From Nemertoderma westbladi (lineage: Eukaryota > Animalia > Xenacoelomorpha): a DNA stretch of 35,319 nt. Shown here in pieces: positions 10,502 to 21,161 of the stretch. The number at the start of each line of letters is the position of its first letter. Position 1 is the stretch's first letter. The stretch is from contig JAUCBJ010002767.1 of NCBI GenBank assembly GCA_032718475.1, positions 1-35,319 on the forward strand, written 5' to 3'. Below the pieces are notes generated by a model, which did not search any database, was not told the DNA's origin, and was given only the letters and a program-made list of their open reading frames with translations. Position numbers and translations under genes: made by a program.

Positions 10502-11575
10502 CTAAACTCTGATCTTCATCTCTATTTTATCCATTGGTACGAAGCTCTCAGGGTTAGTGAATGTCTTCCAATAAGGGCCCTCCCCACCCTCTCTCCCGTA
10601 GATGCCGTTTAGATTGGAGTAGCTGCACCTCTTATACCACCAAGCCCCTTTGTAGAAGTCATTGGCGCAGTTTTCGGAATGAGCATCGTTGTCGCGATCA
10701 TAGGTTGAGAAAGGTTGGCCATTGATGTAGATGTCCCCACTGGGAGTCTCATAAAGTATCGAATCACCAGCTGTTCCGCTGTATCCGGATATCTGTAGCA
10801 TGTACTTACTATTAGAATCACCGATACTGAAGTTATTATACTCAGCGTACTTGTGTTCTCCTTGGTACCAAAGATCGATCCTCAGTTTGACTCCGGCTTT
10901 GGTAAGTTTGTGGATGTCATCCAAACCTAGAAAAAACTCGCTCTCCACATCACCAAACCCCATCGCATAACTGGTCCATTTGCGATAGAAGTCTGCTGAT
11001 CCATCTTCCCGCCTCTGTATTACTAACCACGGACCTTCAGGGGCTGAGTTGTCGCATCTAATGACACCATTTACTCCATAAGTATGACTGAAGAAGTTGG
11101 TTGTGTTTACTTGAGTATTTATACAAAGGAATTCTGGGTGAATCTGCGACAACTTGTCCACCAGGTCGTTATTTCTTTCCTTTAGATCACCAATACTTTC
11201 ATCTAACTTACCATTTCTTTCCTTTAGATCATCAATACTTCCCATGAGATTATTATTTTGAATTGTAATCTGGTCTTTTATTTCTTTATTGTTCTTGTTA
11301 GAAATCATAAAAAACAATGTTGCTAGTGCCGCTGCTACTAATAACACTACCAAGATCATACCAACAACCCCGACCCACCATCTTCTAACCGAAACAAATC
11401 GTCTCTCAGTAACGGCTTTATTGCGTCCTATAACATTCTGTGACTTATGATGTTGTGGAATCGCGTTATCCGATATGACATCATAGACACCTTCCGCTGA
11501 TCCTGCTGGAATTTCCTCCATCTCAATTTCTGTATCACTATATATTCCATCATGAGCCATGTTCTGTTCAGTCAT
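10502..11575 (-). CDS. Type II transmembrane fibrinogen-related domain protein (FReD; FIBCD1/ficolin/tachylectin-5-like), single exon, 357 aa
   Basis: Intact ORF with a cytoplasmic N-terminus, a TM helix (WWVGVVGMILVVLLVAAALATLFFMI), a coiled coil and a full fibrinogen C-terminal domain (WLVIQRREDGSADFYRKW..Y..GFG..SEFFLGLD.IH.LT, FSTYDRDND, NCA, GAWWY..C..SNLNG). Confidence 0.93.
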   Translation of the reverse strand: MTEQNMAHDGIYSDTEIEMEEIPAGSAEGVYDVISDNAIPQHHKSQNVIGRNKAVTERRFVSVRRWWVGVVGMILVVLLVAAALATLFFMISNKNNKEIKDQITIQNNNLMGSIDDLKERNGKLDESIGDLKERNNDLVDKLSQIHPEFLCINTQVNTTNFFSHTYGVNGVIRCDNSAPEGPWLVIQRREDGSADFYRKWTSYAMGFGDVESEFFLGLDDIHKLTKAGVKLRIDLWYQGEHKYAEYNNFSIGDSNSKYMLQISGYSGTAGDSILYETPSGDIYINGQPFSTYDRDNDAHSENCANDFYKGAWWYKRCSYSNLNGIYGREGGEGPYWKTFTNPESFVPMDKIEMKIRV

Positions 11576-12670
11576 TGATAGATTGGATTACACTAAGTAA
11601 AGTTGTTAAATTTGTTGGTTTTTTAAAGTTTAATGCTTTTTGAAGATTTCGGTTAATTTCGAGAATTTTTAGACAGTTAAATATATGTAATACGTTTTCG
11701 CTATTTATTTTACACAATGTATTGTAAGTTAATAAGGTAAACCTTTATACCAATAAATAAACCAATTAGGAGGAATAAGTTTTAGATTGTTTCTTTATGC
11801 TGATATATGTAATATGCCAAGATTGTTGTTATGCTATTTATTATCTGTGTACCTGTACAACAGAAGAGGAGGGAGATTTTCTTACTTTTGGCTCTAAATC
11901 GGATCCAAATTTGGCACGCAATTAAACAACTATAAGCCGACAGTTACATTCTAATAAAAGTTATAATTAATATTATATACTGTAGTAGGGGAATTACTGA
12001 CTGGCATTCGACAGAGGCGTAGCGAGCCCTTCTGGCGCCCAGGGGAATTTGACGCCCTGACATTTGCCTGGAATTTCAGCTCCCCCGGGTGAGTGCGCCC
12101 GGGGGAACATCCCCCCCCCCCCCCCCCCCCCTCGCTACGCCTCTGGCATTCGACTGACTGATTGCTCACATAATGCTAAATCATAAAAACCCATCTTAGA
12201 TTTAGTAGGACACAAATACACGAGTGGGGCCTTCGTGCAGGAGAACTGCATATTATTATTAATTGATGAAGGATATGTTGATCTGGATTTAAGAAATATT
12301 GAGCCATGTTCAATTATTGATGGATTGGAGAACTATAGTACTAATAACTATGGCTACTAGTAAAGTTTGTTGTTGTTGTTGTTTTTGTTGGTTTAAAGTT
12401 TATTGCTTTTTGAGATTTCGGTTAATTTCGAGAATTTTTAGGGAGTTAAATATAATTTCATATTTAATACGTTTATTTCGCTACTTATTTTTACACAATG
12501 TGTTGTAAATCAGGCAAACTTTTATACCAATAAGCAATAAATAAACCAATTTTAGGAGGAATAAGTTTCAGAATGTTTCTTTATGCGGTTATTTATGCCA
12601 AGATTGTTGTTATGCTATTGTATTGTAATAAATAACAAACGTGTATTACCTGTACAATAGTACAAGAGGG
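11553..12670. repeat. Diverged direct duplication of the FReD start and upstream region (11553-~11870 vs 12300-~12670)
   Basis: Shared blocks TGAGCCATGTTC, GATTTCGGTTAATTTCGAGAATTTTTAG, AATAAACCAATT..GGAGGAATAAGTTT, TGCCAAGATTGTTGTTATGCTATT and TACCTGTACAA. Confidence 0.88.
12012..12145. mobile_element. hAT-type MITE (134 bp)
   Basis: Perfect 15-bp TIR CAGAGGCGTAGCGAG / CTCGCTACGCCTCTG and 8-bp TSD GCATTCGA (12004-12011 and 12146-12153). Confidence 0.92.
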
Positions 12671-12678
12671 TAATTTTG

Positions 12679-13494
12679 GGTGTAAACGCTACGCCAACAA
12701 CCGACAGCTGACACTAACGCCGACAACCATTATTAAAGCTAATTAATGTTAATTATTAATTGAGGGGACGTTACACTGGAAGGTTATTGTAACCAAAACA
12801 ATAAACGAGAGTCACGAACTCAGGTTACATTTTCATTTTTGCTGTTGTTGGCTGTGAAGGGATTCACGAGTTGGCGAGGGAATCCCAACCGGATGTGTTA
12901 GCTTTCGGGCTATACGCGTCGCCGCGTCCGTAGGCTGCTGAAAGGCTGGCAATGTCTGACTTCTAAGGCAGAAGGCCGTTTGAATAACTGAGTTCTAGTA
13001 GTAGTTGTTCGTAATGTCAGAATATAATAATAGCACGGTTAATGACGACGGTTAAAACCGTCCTCGTCCCACAGCTCTACACATACCAACTGAACTACAA
13101 GCAATAAATGCAATGGTTATATTACCAACACATATTGAATATTCCTACTGCTCTACGTGGCCTGGCCAATGAATGCACTTCAATTACATGGTTTCCTGTT
13201 CCATCATTGGCTAACCTATTAATCTCCACTTCGGCACTCCCTGTTGCCACTATCCATTGTCGCTAGCCCCTTTGTCCCCTTGAGATGGCTTATGGCCTCT
13301 CAACTCTGCTTGTGGCTGGCAATGTGTATCGCCTAAGTTGGTTGTTAGGTGAGATTATATTAGTAATGTCACCTTCCCAACTATAATTGGTAAAAAGCCA
13401 CTTTCCCCATTTTCCACTGGGTAGTGCAGGGAATTGAATCCGCTTACATTGGCAGTGGTTATCGGCTGTCAGTTGTCAGCGTAGCGTTGACACC
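12679..13494. mobile_element. TIR-bounded non-autonomous element (816 bp)
   Basis: Imperfect ~33-bp inverted ends: GGTGTAAACGCTACGCCAACAACCGACAGCTGA vs the reverse complement of TCGGCTGTCAGTTGTCAGCGTAGCGTTGACACC. Only a 2-bp TG flanking duplication. Confidence 0.6.
13030..13455 (-). mobile_element. Possible tRNA-derived SINE remnant
   Basis: Minus-strand B-box-like GGATTCAATTCC near 13430-13441 and a 3' hairpin GACGAGGACGGTTTTAACCGTCGTC near 13044-13068. No clear A box. Confidence 0.35.
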
Positions 13495-13511
13495 TGGAAA
13501 TTTTTTAGTTC

Positions 13512-16500
13512 TCATCACCCAGAAAACCAATATGTCACCTCACGACAGTTATTAACCAAAATGGGAAATCAATCTGTTAGCACCCCGATTGTAAGCCAAA
13601 CCCAAAGGTCAACTTACAACCAGGGAAGGGAGCCTTGCCAAAGGAACCAAATTGAACAGTGAGATGGCCGCGCAAGCTAGCAATGTGTACTAAATTTTAA
13701 AGCTATTGTTTCATGTGTATATTTATTGGTATGGTGCATATAACAACCTACTATAGGAATCGGCTTACTAACCACAAGCCATAGCCCATACATAGTGAGA
13801 GAGGGATTAACCAGGAAAGTAAGCGATTAATCATTAAGGCATTAGCCAATAGTGAAGTACTACTACTACTACTACTAGGTTGAGCGAACTCGGACAGTGG
13901 AAATGAGATCCTTCCAGGCTTCCCGATTCTCCATAGTTGTCGAATTTCGTTTCTCTCAAGTTCAGTATCCCTTTCAAGTTGATCTATATATGTTATGGCT
14001 GGTCGTCCACGACTACGCTTTCCATGAGTTGGTTGCCAGAAAAGTACATCTGGTATGACCTCGTCTTTACTTCACCAGCAGTGCCCACTGAATCTTAATC
14101 TGCATTCACGGAGGGTGGTTGATACAGGTGGAATTGTACAATAAAGCTCGGCGTTTGTCATGTGTTGTCTCCAGCTGATGTTTAGGGCTGCCCTTAGTAT
14201 TCTTGTGTAGCAACCATCAATTCGTTGTTCAAGTTATTTAGTCAGTGTCCAGGTCTCACCCCCGTATAAAAATACACTTTCCACTGTGGCTCGAAAGAAC
14301 TTAGTCTTCAGGTGCCTGGAGAGATCTGATTTCCAGATGGTATCCATTTTTGATAGAGCTACCCAAGCCTTTGCTTTCCTAACTTATATGTCCTTTTTGC
14401 TACTCTCAATCCATGATCCAAGGTACTGGAAGTCGTCAACCTTCCTTAGTTGATTATTGTCAATGGTTGACAAGTTTCCATCAACATTAAAGGTCATGAA
14501 TTCGGACTTGGAATCATTTATAAGCAATCCAACCTCCTTAGCAGCCCTCTCCACTTTATTTAGTAGAAGCTGTGCATCTGCTAGGGTATTAGAGAGCAGG
14601 GCGATGTCATCCGCAAAGTCGGTGTCTGTGACTGTAGTTGCCGGATATCTACTACTTCTGCGTTCTTGAAGTGTGAATCCCAGGTCTTCACCCTTTGTGG
14701 CTGTCCTCATTGCGTAATCCAGCACAATTACAAATAGTAATGGTGCTAATGTGTCACCTTGCAGTACCCCAGCCAGGATTGAAAAAAACTCAGTTTCACC
14801 ATCTGGTGAGAGTACCTGCGCTTCTGTGTCACAATATAACAATCCAATGCCAGCAACAATTACTTCTGGTATTCCATAAGCTCTTAGGATTTCAAGCATT
14901 TTGCCTCTATGGATGGAGTCGAATGCCTTCTTGAAGTCCACAAAAGTCATGACTGCGTGGAGATTCTTCGACTTAATTCCTTCAATCAGTCTCCATAGTG
15001 CAAGTATCTGAGCTATTATTGATCTACTTGGTCGAAATCCGTTTTGGCTTTTACGCAGTAGTTTCTCTATGTGAGGCCTAATCCTATATAGAATCATTTT
15101 ATTGTATATTTTGGCAGCTACCACAAGCAGACAGATCCCACGATAGTTTGTTGGTATACCGAGGTCTCCTTTCTTGGGGAGAGACTTTAGTTGACCTTTA
15201 GTCCAAATTGGTGGTGGCTTTTCCCCTTTTAACATCTGGTTGCAAACATTCAATAATGGTCTGTTTAGCACTCCTGTTTTCCATACCTCTGCTGGGATTT
15301 CATCTAATCCACTCGCTTTATTATTGGACATGCTTTTAATGCTTCTCTGGAGTTCGGCAGGTGTGAAGTCCCCTGTTTCTATAGGTAGTGTCTTGTCATA
15401 TATTTTCCTTGTAGGGCTGACCTCGATGTTTGGTGGCTGCCCAAGCAAGTTGCTGAAGTGATTTTTCCACTTCCCAACACGTTCTTCAGGACTATCGGCT
15501 TTGAGGCGCCCCTTTGCACAACTTTTCCGACCAGATACCTCATTTACAGTTTGCCAGGTAAGTCTTGATTGTTGCTGTATGTGAGCAGTTGTAATTGCTT
15601 CAATTTTATCCTGTATGTGCTTTTCCTGGCTGATGTTGTAGGCCAATTTAAGATTGTCCTTAGCTTTCTCAACCTTCTTAATGTTTTCTGTTGTTGGTTG
15701 TTCGGTTTTAACTTTGTAGGCTATCTTAAGATCTTCTCTCTTACAAGTAACCTCAGAGTTTTGCCATGGCACATACTGTTTTCATTTGGGTTTCTGGGGG
15801 ATATGCCTCTTAGCTGATTCATTGTGGGCTGTTATTATATTCTGGTATATTGAATCGGTGGACTGGTCTTCATCCATTGACTGAAGTGCTTCAAAGCGGT
15901 TTTGAACTTCTACTGTGTAAGCATCCTTTACTGCATTGTCAGTTCTGAGTTTCTCCCAGTCATAGTTGATTTGCTTGCTTGTCCTGGGTTTGCTGGCTCT
16001 CAAACTGAGTCTGATCTCTGCAGTTACAATTCTGTGGTCCGAACCAATTAGGTTGAACGAGCTGTATGCCTCGCAGTTGATCATGCTATTTCTCCACTTT
16101 TTGTTTATAAGGATGTAATCCAGTTGTGCTTTGGTTCCATTAGGGTATTGAAAGGTCCATAGCTTCCCCTTACTCTTTTCGAATGTGTTGTTTGTTGGTA
16201 TCAATTCACATTCTTCCATTAGATCTTGAATAGTGAAGTAGCAGCTCTGAAACCTCATTGGTCAGAGCAGCAATAAGCCAAACCCCCTCAATCTATAGTA
16301 GCTTATACTGCTGTAATATCAATTTATACTTCAGTCACATGTGTCTCTCTAACCTGAGAAGAGGCTTTAGTTTTAACGGTTATGTGTATTTATTAATGGC
16401 ATTTAGTATCTCAGTGCAGATATCAGATTCAGACTTGTGCTATTGCTGGTCACTGTTTATTACATATGATATTTCTATTATACATGGAAGGAAAAACAAG

Positions 16501-17379
16501 AAGCTAGTTTTCCCTGGTTCTGGGTCGCCAATCCATTCCTACACAACCAGTGAGAACAAAGCAAACTCAATCAGCATGGTAACTGGCCGCGCATGTGTCT
16601 CTAGATCTAGCTGGCTACCGTGACACTTAAAACTAAAGGGGCTAAAAGATGAGACGAAGCATACCATTGGGGTCCACGACAGGCAGCTGCAGACTGACAC
16701 AGGCTGCAACACCCACTCCATCAATTACCACTCTATTGAACATCTGCCACTCAAGGAGGGCACAGAGATGGAGGCATCTGGTGGAATGGCGCAGGAGGAA
16801 ACTATCCTGGAAGTAACGGTCTGCCATGACTATGAGGCGTTTGAAGTTGGCCCCAGCGAGCCCCATGATACGCCACTACCAGAAGAGTCAACTCGCGAAG
16901 ATCAAGTGAATACCGGGTGGGCCAAACCCGTTCGAATGCAGTGCAGGGAGGATCCAGGATCGATGCTGAGTTCGATGACAGCAATGAATTCAGTAATGAG
17001 GAGGATGATGACCTCGATGGGGAGCACAACCGCAGGTACGACGGGAACCCTCAATGAGATAGAAAAACTTTGAAGGAACTACCGCCGTAAGTTGAGAGAT
17101 GTGGAAGAAGCAAATAGAAAGGGTAACATTAGTTCCAATCTATTAGATACTCTTTATATTACGAACTTTTACTTTGAACATTTAAACAAGATGGGTGAAT
17201 CAGATAGGGCTGACCAATTAGCCGCCAGGTTGGCGGAAGGTGTAAGAAATCTTTGTAGTAGGAGGTTAATGTTACAATATGTTGTAGTAAGACATTATAT
17301 AGTACACGTGGTTGAACCAAGCCAAAATGGGGAGAGGGAAGTTGATGACACGCGTCCGGAGGAAGTAAACCCCAAGGAC
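13512..17379 (+). repeat. Left arm of a ~1.5-kb inverted repeat (13512-13859 plus 16241-17379, split by the LINE)
   Basis: Reverse-complement match to 18923-20412 along its whole length once the LINE is removed. Confidence 0.92.
13860..16228 (-). mobile_element. 5'-truncated RTE-like LINE (APE endonuclease C-terminus and RT), inactivated by stop codons
   Basis: Endonuclease motifs QLDYIL and GSDHRIV; RT motifs NYRGICL, QNGFR, FVDFKKAFDS, GVLQGDTLAP, FADD and YLG. In-frame stops at 15782 and 14384. (AGT)n 3' tail at 13860-13876. 12-bp TSD AATAGTGAAGTA at 13848-13859 and 16229-16240. Confidence 0.94.
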
Positions 17380-17643
17380 TCTGTGTCATTGGCAGGTTCA
17401 GACAGGCCCAAAGGTGCATGTAGTGGTTCATCATTACAATCCATTACGCCATTTATAGTAAGACATGCCATGAATATAAGCGCAAGGTATGTGATGGACG
17501 TAACTAGAATGGAGAAGCAGGACACCCTACAGGAACTGGAGGAACATGAGGCTGAGGAGCATAAGGAACAAGAGAGAAAGCGTGAGAGTAAAAAAGTCTG
17601 CAGGGAGCTTCATGAGAGATTGAAAACATTGAGAAATACCTAA
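16768..17643 (+). pseudogene. Degenerate gag/ORF1-like reading frame of an unclassified repeat
   Basis: ORFs 16768-17073 and 17092-17643 are in the same frame, separated by one TGA that is CGA in the inverted copy. PKDSVSLAGS, a Ser-rich stretch and a charged coiled coil recall BEL/Pao gag N-termini. No diagnostic domain. Confidence 0.4.
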
Positions 17644-18050
17644 ACGGAACAAGAGTATATTATTAATTTACGTGAAATAGGTGTGTCACCCAGTAAGGTA
17701 AACATAATGTGAAACCTCCGAAACCTCAAGTAAAGGAGGGCGTAGTGCAAAGATTTATTTAAATGCAAAAGTAAATACGACAGAACAGACAGACGACTGG
17801 AGCAATACAAGTAATTCAATTAATACAAGATCTAGTACGACAAATAAAAATAATAAAATTAAAAAAAATAATTAAAATTTAAAATAAAAAAAAAGGTAAG
17901 CAGAATATAAGTGGAATGGAAACATTACAGGGCCACAAATCGAATGGAAAACCCACCAAGGAGGCTACAGAAAATGTTGGGGAAACTGATGCACTGATGG
18001 ATGGAGGCACTGATGGGAACTGGGAGGGCCATAAGATGGCGGATACTGAT

Positions 18051-18416
18051 TATTACCTATGATATTTCTATTATACATGGAAGGAAAAACAGAAGCTAGT
18101 TTTCCCTGGTTCTGGGTCGCCAAACCATTCCTACACAACCAGTGAAAACAAAGCAAACTCAATCCGCACGGTAACTGTTCGCGCATGTGTCTCTGGATCT
18201 AGCTGGCTACCGTGACACTTAAAACTAAAGGGGTTAAAAGATGAGACGAAGCATACCAGCGGGGTCCACGATAGGCAGCTGCAGACCAACACAGGCTGCA
18301 ACTCCCACTCCATTGATTACCACTCTATCGAACATCTGCCACTCGAGGAGGGCACAGGGATGGAAGCATCTATCTGGTGGATTGGCGCAGGAGGAAACTA
18401 TCCTGGAAGTAACGGA
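18051..18416 (+). repeat. Third (direct) partial copy of the inverted-repeat arm
   Basis: Aligns to ~16458-16819 (ATGATATTTCTATTATACATGGAAGG...GGAAACTATCCTGGAAGTAACGG). Confidence 0.9.
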
Positions 18417-18846
18417 GCGCCGTACAACAGCATAAATTATTTCCGAAAAACCCATTAATGTAGCAGAAAGAGGCTCACAGAGCCATAATACAGTAGAAAA
18501 TCGCACAGAAAACAATATGCGCTTCAAAACAATACGAATATAGTCGAACGTCGACAATCTAAACCATTAGACCCGGAAGTAAATCCATATAGGCCTGTAC
18601 ATAGCCATACATCTTCTAGGCTTAGACTGGTACCACAGCAATACACTGCCAGTGATATATAACCAGTAACTAGGCAACCGCAGTAATATACCACTAACAA
18701 TGTCGATATGCAATTTATTTAGATAGAACCTATTATACAGATAGGCCTAACCCCCAACTGGAGCCTATGCATAACAACATAGCAACCAGATGGGAGGATA
18801 ATAATTATCAAAATGACATAGAAAATTAAATAAATTCCACCGCATT

Positions 18847-18912
18847 TAATGTAAATGAATATAATATAAATGAATATAATGTAAATGAATATAATACCAA
18901 ATGAATATAATA
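18847..18912. repeat. 15-bp tandem repeat (AATRTAAATGAATAT) x~4
   Basis: Directly visible, next to the inner end of the right arm. Confidence 0.8.
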
Positions 18913-18922
18913 CCAAATATAA

Positions 18923-20412
18923 GTCGTCGGGGTTTACTTCCTCCGGACGCGTGTCATCCGACTTCCCTCTTCCCATTTTGGCTTGGTTCAACCGTGCGTA
19001 CTATATAAGGTCCTACTACAACATATTGTAAAATTAACCTCCTACTACTAAATGTTATTATACCTTCTGCCAACCTGGCGGCTAATTGGTCAGCCCTATC
19101 TGATTAATCCATCTTGTTTAAATGTTCAAAGTTTAAGTTCGTAATATAAAGAGTATCTAATAGATTGGATCTAACATGTACCCATTCTATTTGCTTCCTC
19201 CACATCTCTCAACTTACGGTGGTAGTTCCTTCGAAGTTTTTCTATCTCATCGAGGGTTCCCGTCGTAGCTGCAGTTGTGGTCCCTATCGAGGTTCTCATC
19301 CTCCTCGTTACTGAATTCATTGCTGTCATCGAACTCATCATCGATCCTGGATCCTCCCTGCATTGCGTTCGAACGGGTTTGGCCCACCTGGTATTCACTT
19401 GATCTTCGCGAGTTGACTCTTCCGGTAGTGGCGTATCATTGGGCTCGCAGGGGCCAACTTTTACTTCCAGGATAGTTTCCTCCTGGGCCGTTCCACCGGA
19501 TGCTTCCATCCCTGTGCCCTCCTCGAGTGGCAGATGATCGATGATGTCAGTAATCAATGGAATGGGAGTTGCAGCCTGTGTTAGTCTGTGGCTGCCTGTG
19601 TCATGGACCCCGCTGGTATGCTTCGTCTCATCTTTTAGCCCCTTTAGTTTTAAGGTGTCACGGTAGCCAGCTAGATCTAGAGACACATGCGCGGCCAGTT
19701 AACGTGCGGATTGAGTTTGCTTTGTTCTCACTGGATGTGTAGGAATGGATTGGCGACCCAGCACCTGGGAAAACTAGCTTCTTGTTTTTCCTTCCCTGAA
19801 TAATAGAAATATCATATGTAATAAACAGTGACCAGTAATAGCACAAGTCTGAATCTGATATCTGCACTGAGATACTAAATGCCATTAATAAATAAATACA
19901 CATAAACCGTTAAAACTAAAGCCGCTTATCAGGTTAGAGAGCGACATGTGACTGAAGTATAAATTGATATTACAGCAGTATAAGCTACTATAGATTTGGG
20001 TTATTGCTTATTGGTTAGGGCATGGCTTATTGCTGCCCTGACCAATGAGGTTTCAGAACTGCTACATCACTATTGGCTAATGCCATAATGATTAATCGCT
20101 TACTTTCCTGGTTAATCCCTCTCTCACTATGTATGGGCTATGGCTTGTGGTTAGTAAGCCGATTCCTATAGTAGGTTGTTATATGCACCATACCAATAAA
20201 TATACACATGAAACAATATGTTTAACATTTAGTACACAATGACACATGAATAGCTTGCGCGGTCATCTGACTTCCAATTTGGTTCCCTTGGCAAGGACTT
20301 CCTGATTGTAAGTTGACCTTTGGGGTTTGGCTTACAATCGGGGTGCTAACATAGATTTCCCATTTTGGTTAATAACTGTCTTGAGGTGACATATTGGTTT
20401 TCTGTGTGATGA
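18923..20412 (-). repeat. Right arm of the inverted repeat (lacks the LINE); includes ORF 19171-19686
   Basis: Reverse complement of the left arm. The empty insertion site reads GGCATTAGCCAATAGTGATGTAGCAG on the minus strand near 20059-20084. Confidence 0.92.
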
Positions 20413-20870
20413 AGTGCCTAAGGGATCGCTCCCGTAACACAAATTGACCCTATTACTATTTTCAACTCGACATATGTAAATCCAACATGCACAATTATTA
20501 GCATGCCAAAATCGCAACAACGATAATGACAACTATTTGAAAAATTGACCCTTATGTGAGAGACGATGCAATGGAAATTACTAGTATTTTGTTATTAATG
20601 CATAAAAATTAGTGCTATTCAAAGTTTTATTAAAAGCACTATAATATAACATCGCGATCGCAAATATTCATATTCTTTTGTTTTCATAAAATTTTGTTTT
20701 GTTTTATAATTTATTCAACATTTGTCTTATACGTGAAGCTTACAGGAAGTTTCCGTCATATTATAATATACTCTATCAATTCAAAAACTTACCAGAGCAG
20801 ACAATGAATATTTATATACTTCCCAAATCATGCAAGGTCTGATAACTATGATAACGATAACTGATAGTCT

Positions 20871-21157
20871 CAGGCCCTTAGCCAGGGGGGGTTCGTTGGT
20901 TCGAACGAACCGCCCTTTTGAGAAAAGTGCCCTTTTATTATGTAAATTATGTAATTTAAAATACTCTCAAACCAATAGGAATCACTTCAAGCAGTAATAA
21001 ATTGCCTGCCCAACACGAATAAGAACTCAATTTGTCTGCCCTAATAGATATAAGAAAGTTACAAGAGGTTTTAAATAAAGGCGGCACCCTGCCGCCCTGG
21101 GGTTCAGGATAATATATGTAAAGGTGGCACTATGCTGCCATGGGGGTTAAGTTATAA
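20871..21157. mobile_element. Possible hAT-like MITE end with a 43-bp tandem duplication
   Basis: CAGGCCCTTAGCCAGGGGGGG followed by the hairpin GGTTCGTT-GGTTCG-AACGAACC; TAAAGGYGGCAC.. duplicated at ~21076 and 21119. Partner TIR not found. Confidence 0.4.
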
Positions 21158-21161
21158 TTAA

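Noticed and set aside
14457-15817. Plus-strand ORFs over the LINE, and minus-strand ORFs over the Gypsy pol
   Set aside because: Antisense shadows of the real reading frames.
16229-16258. Start codon of the 158-aa endonuclease ORF
   Set aside because: The first ~10 codons come from the TSD and flanking DNA; the LINE is 5'-truncated, so this is a chance fusion.
12655-20462. Extension of the large inverted repeat outward to 12655 and 20462
   Set aside because: Only a weak ~20-bp resemblance in AT-rich DNA and no TSD.
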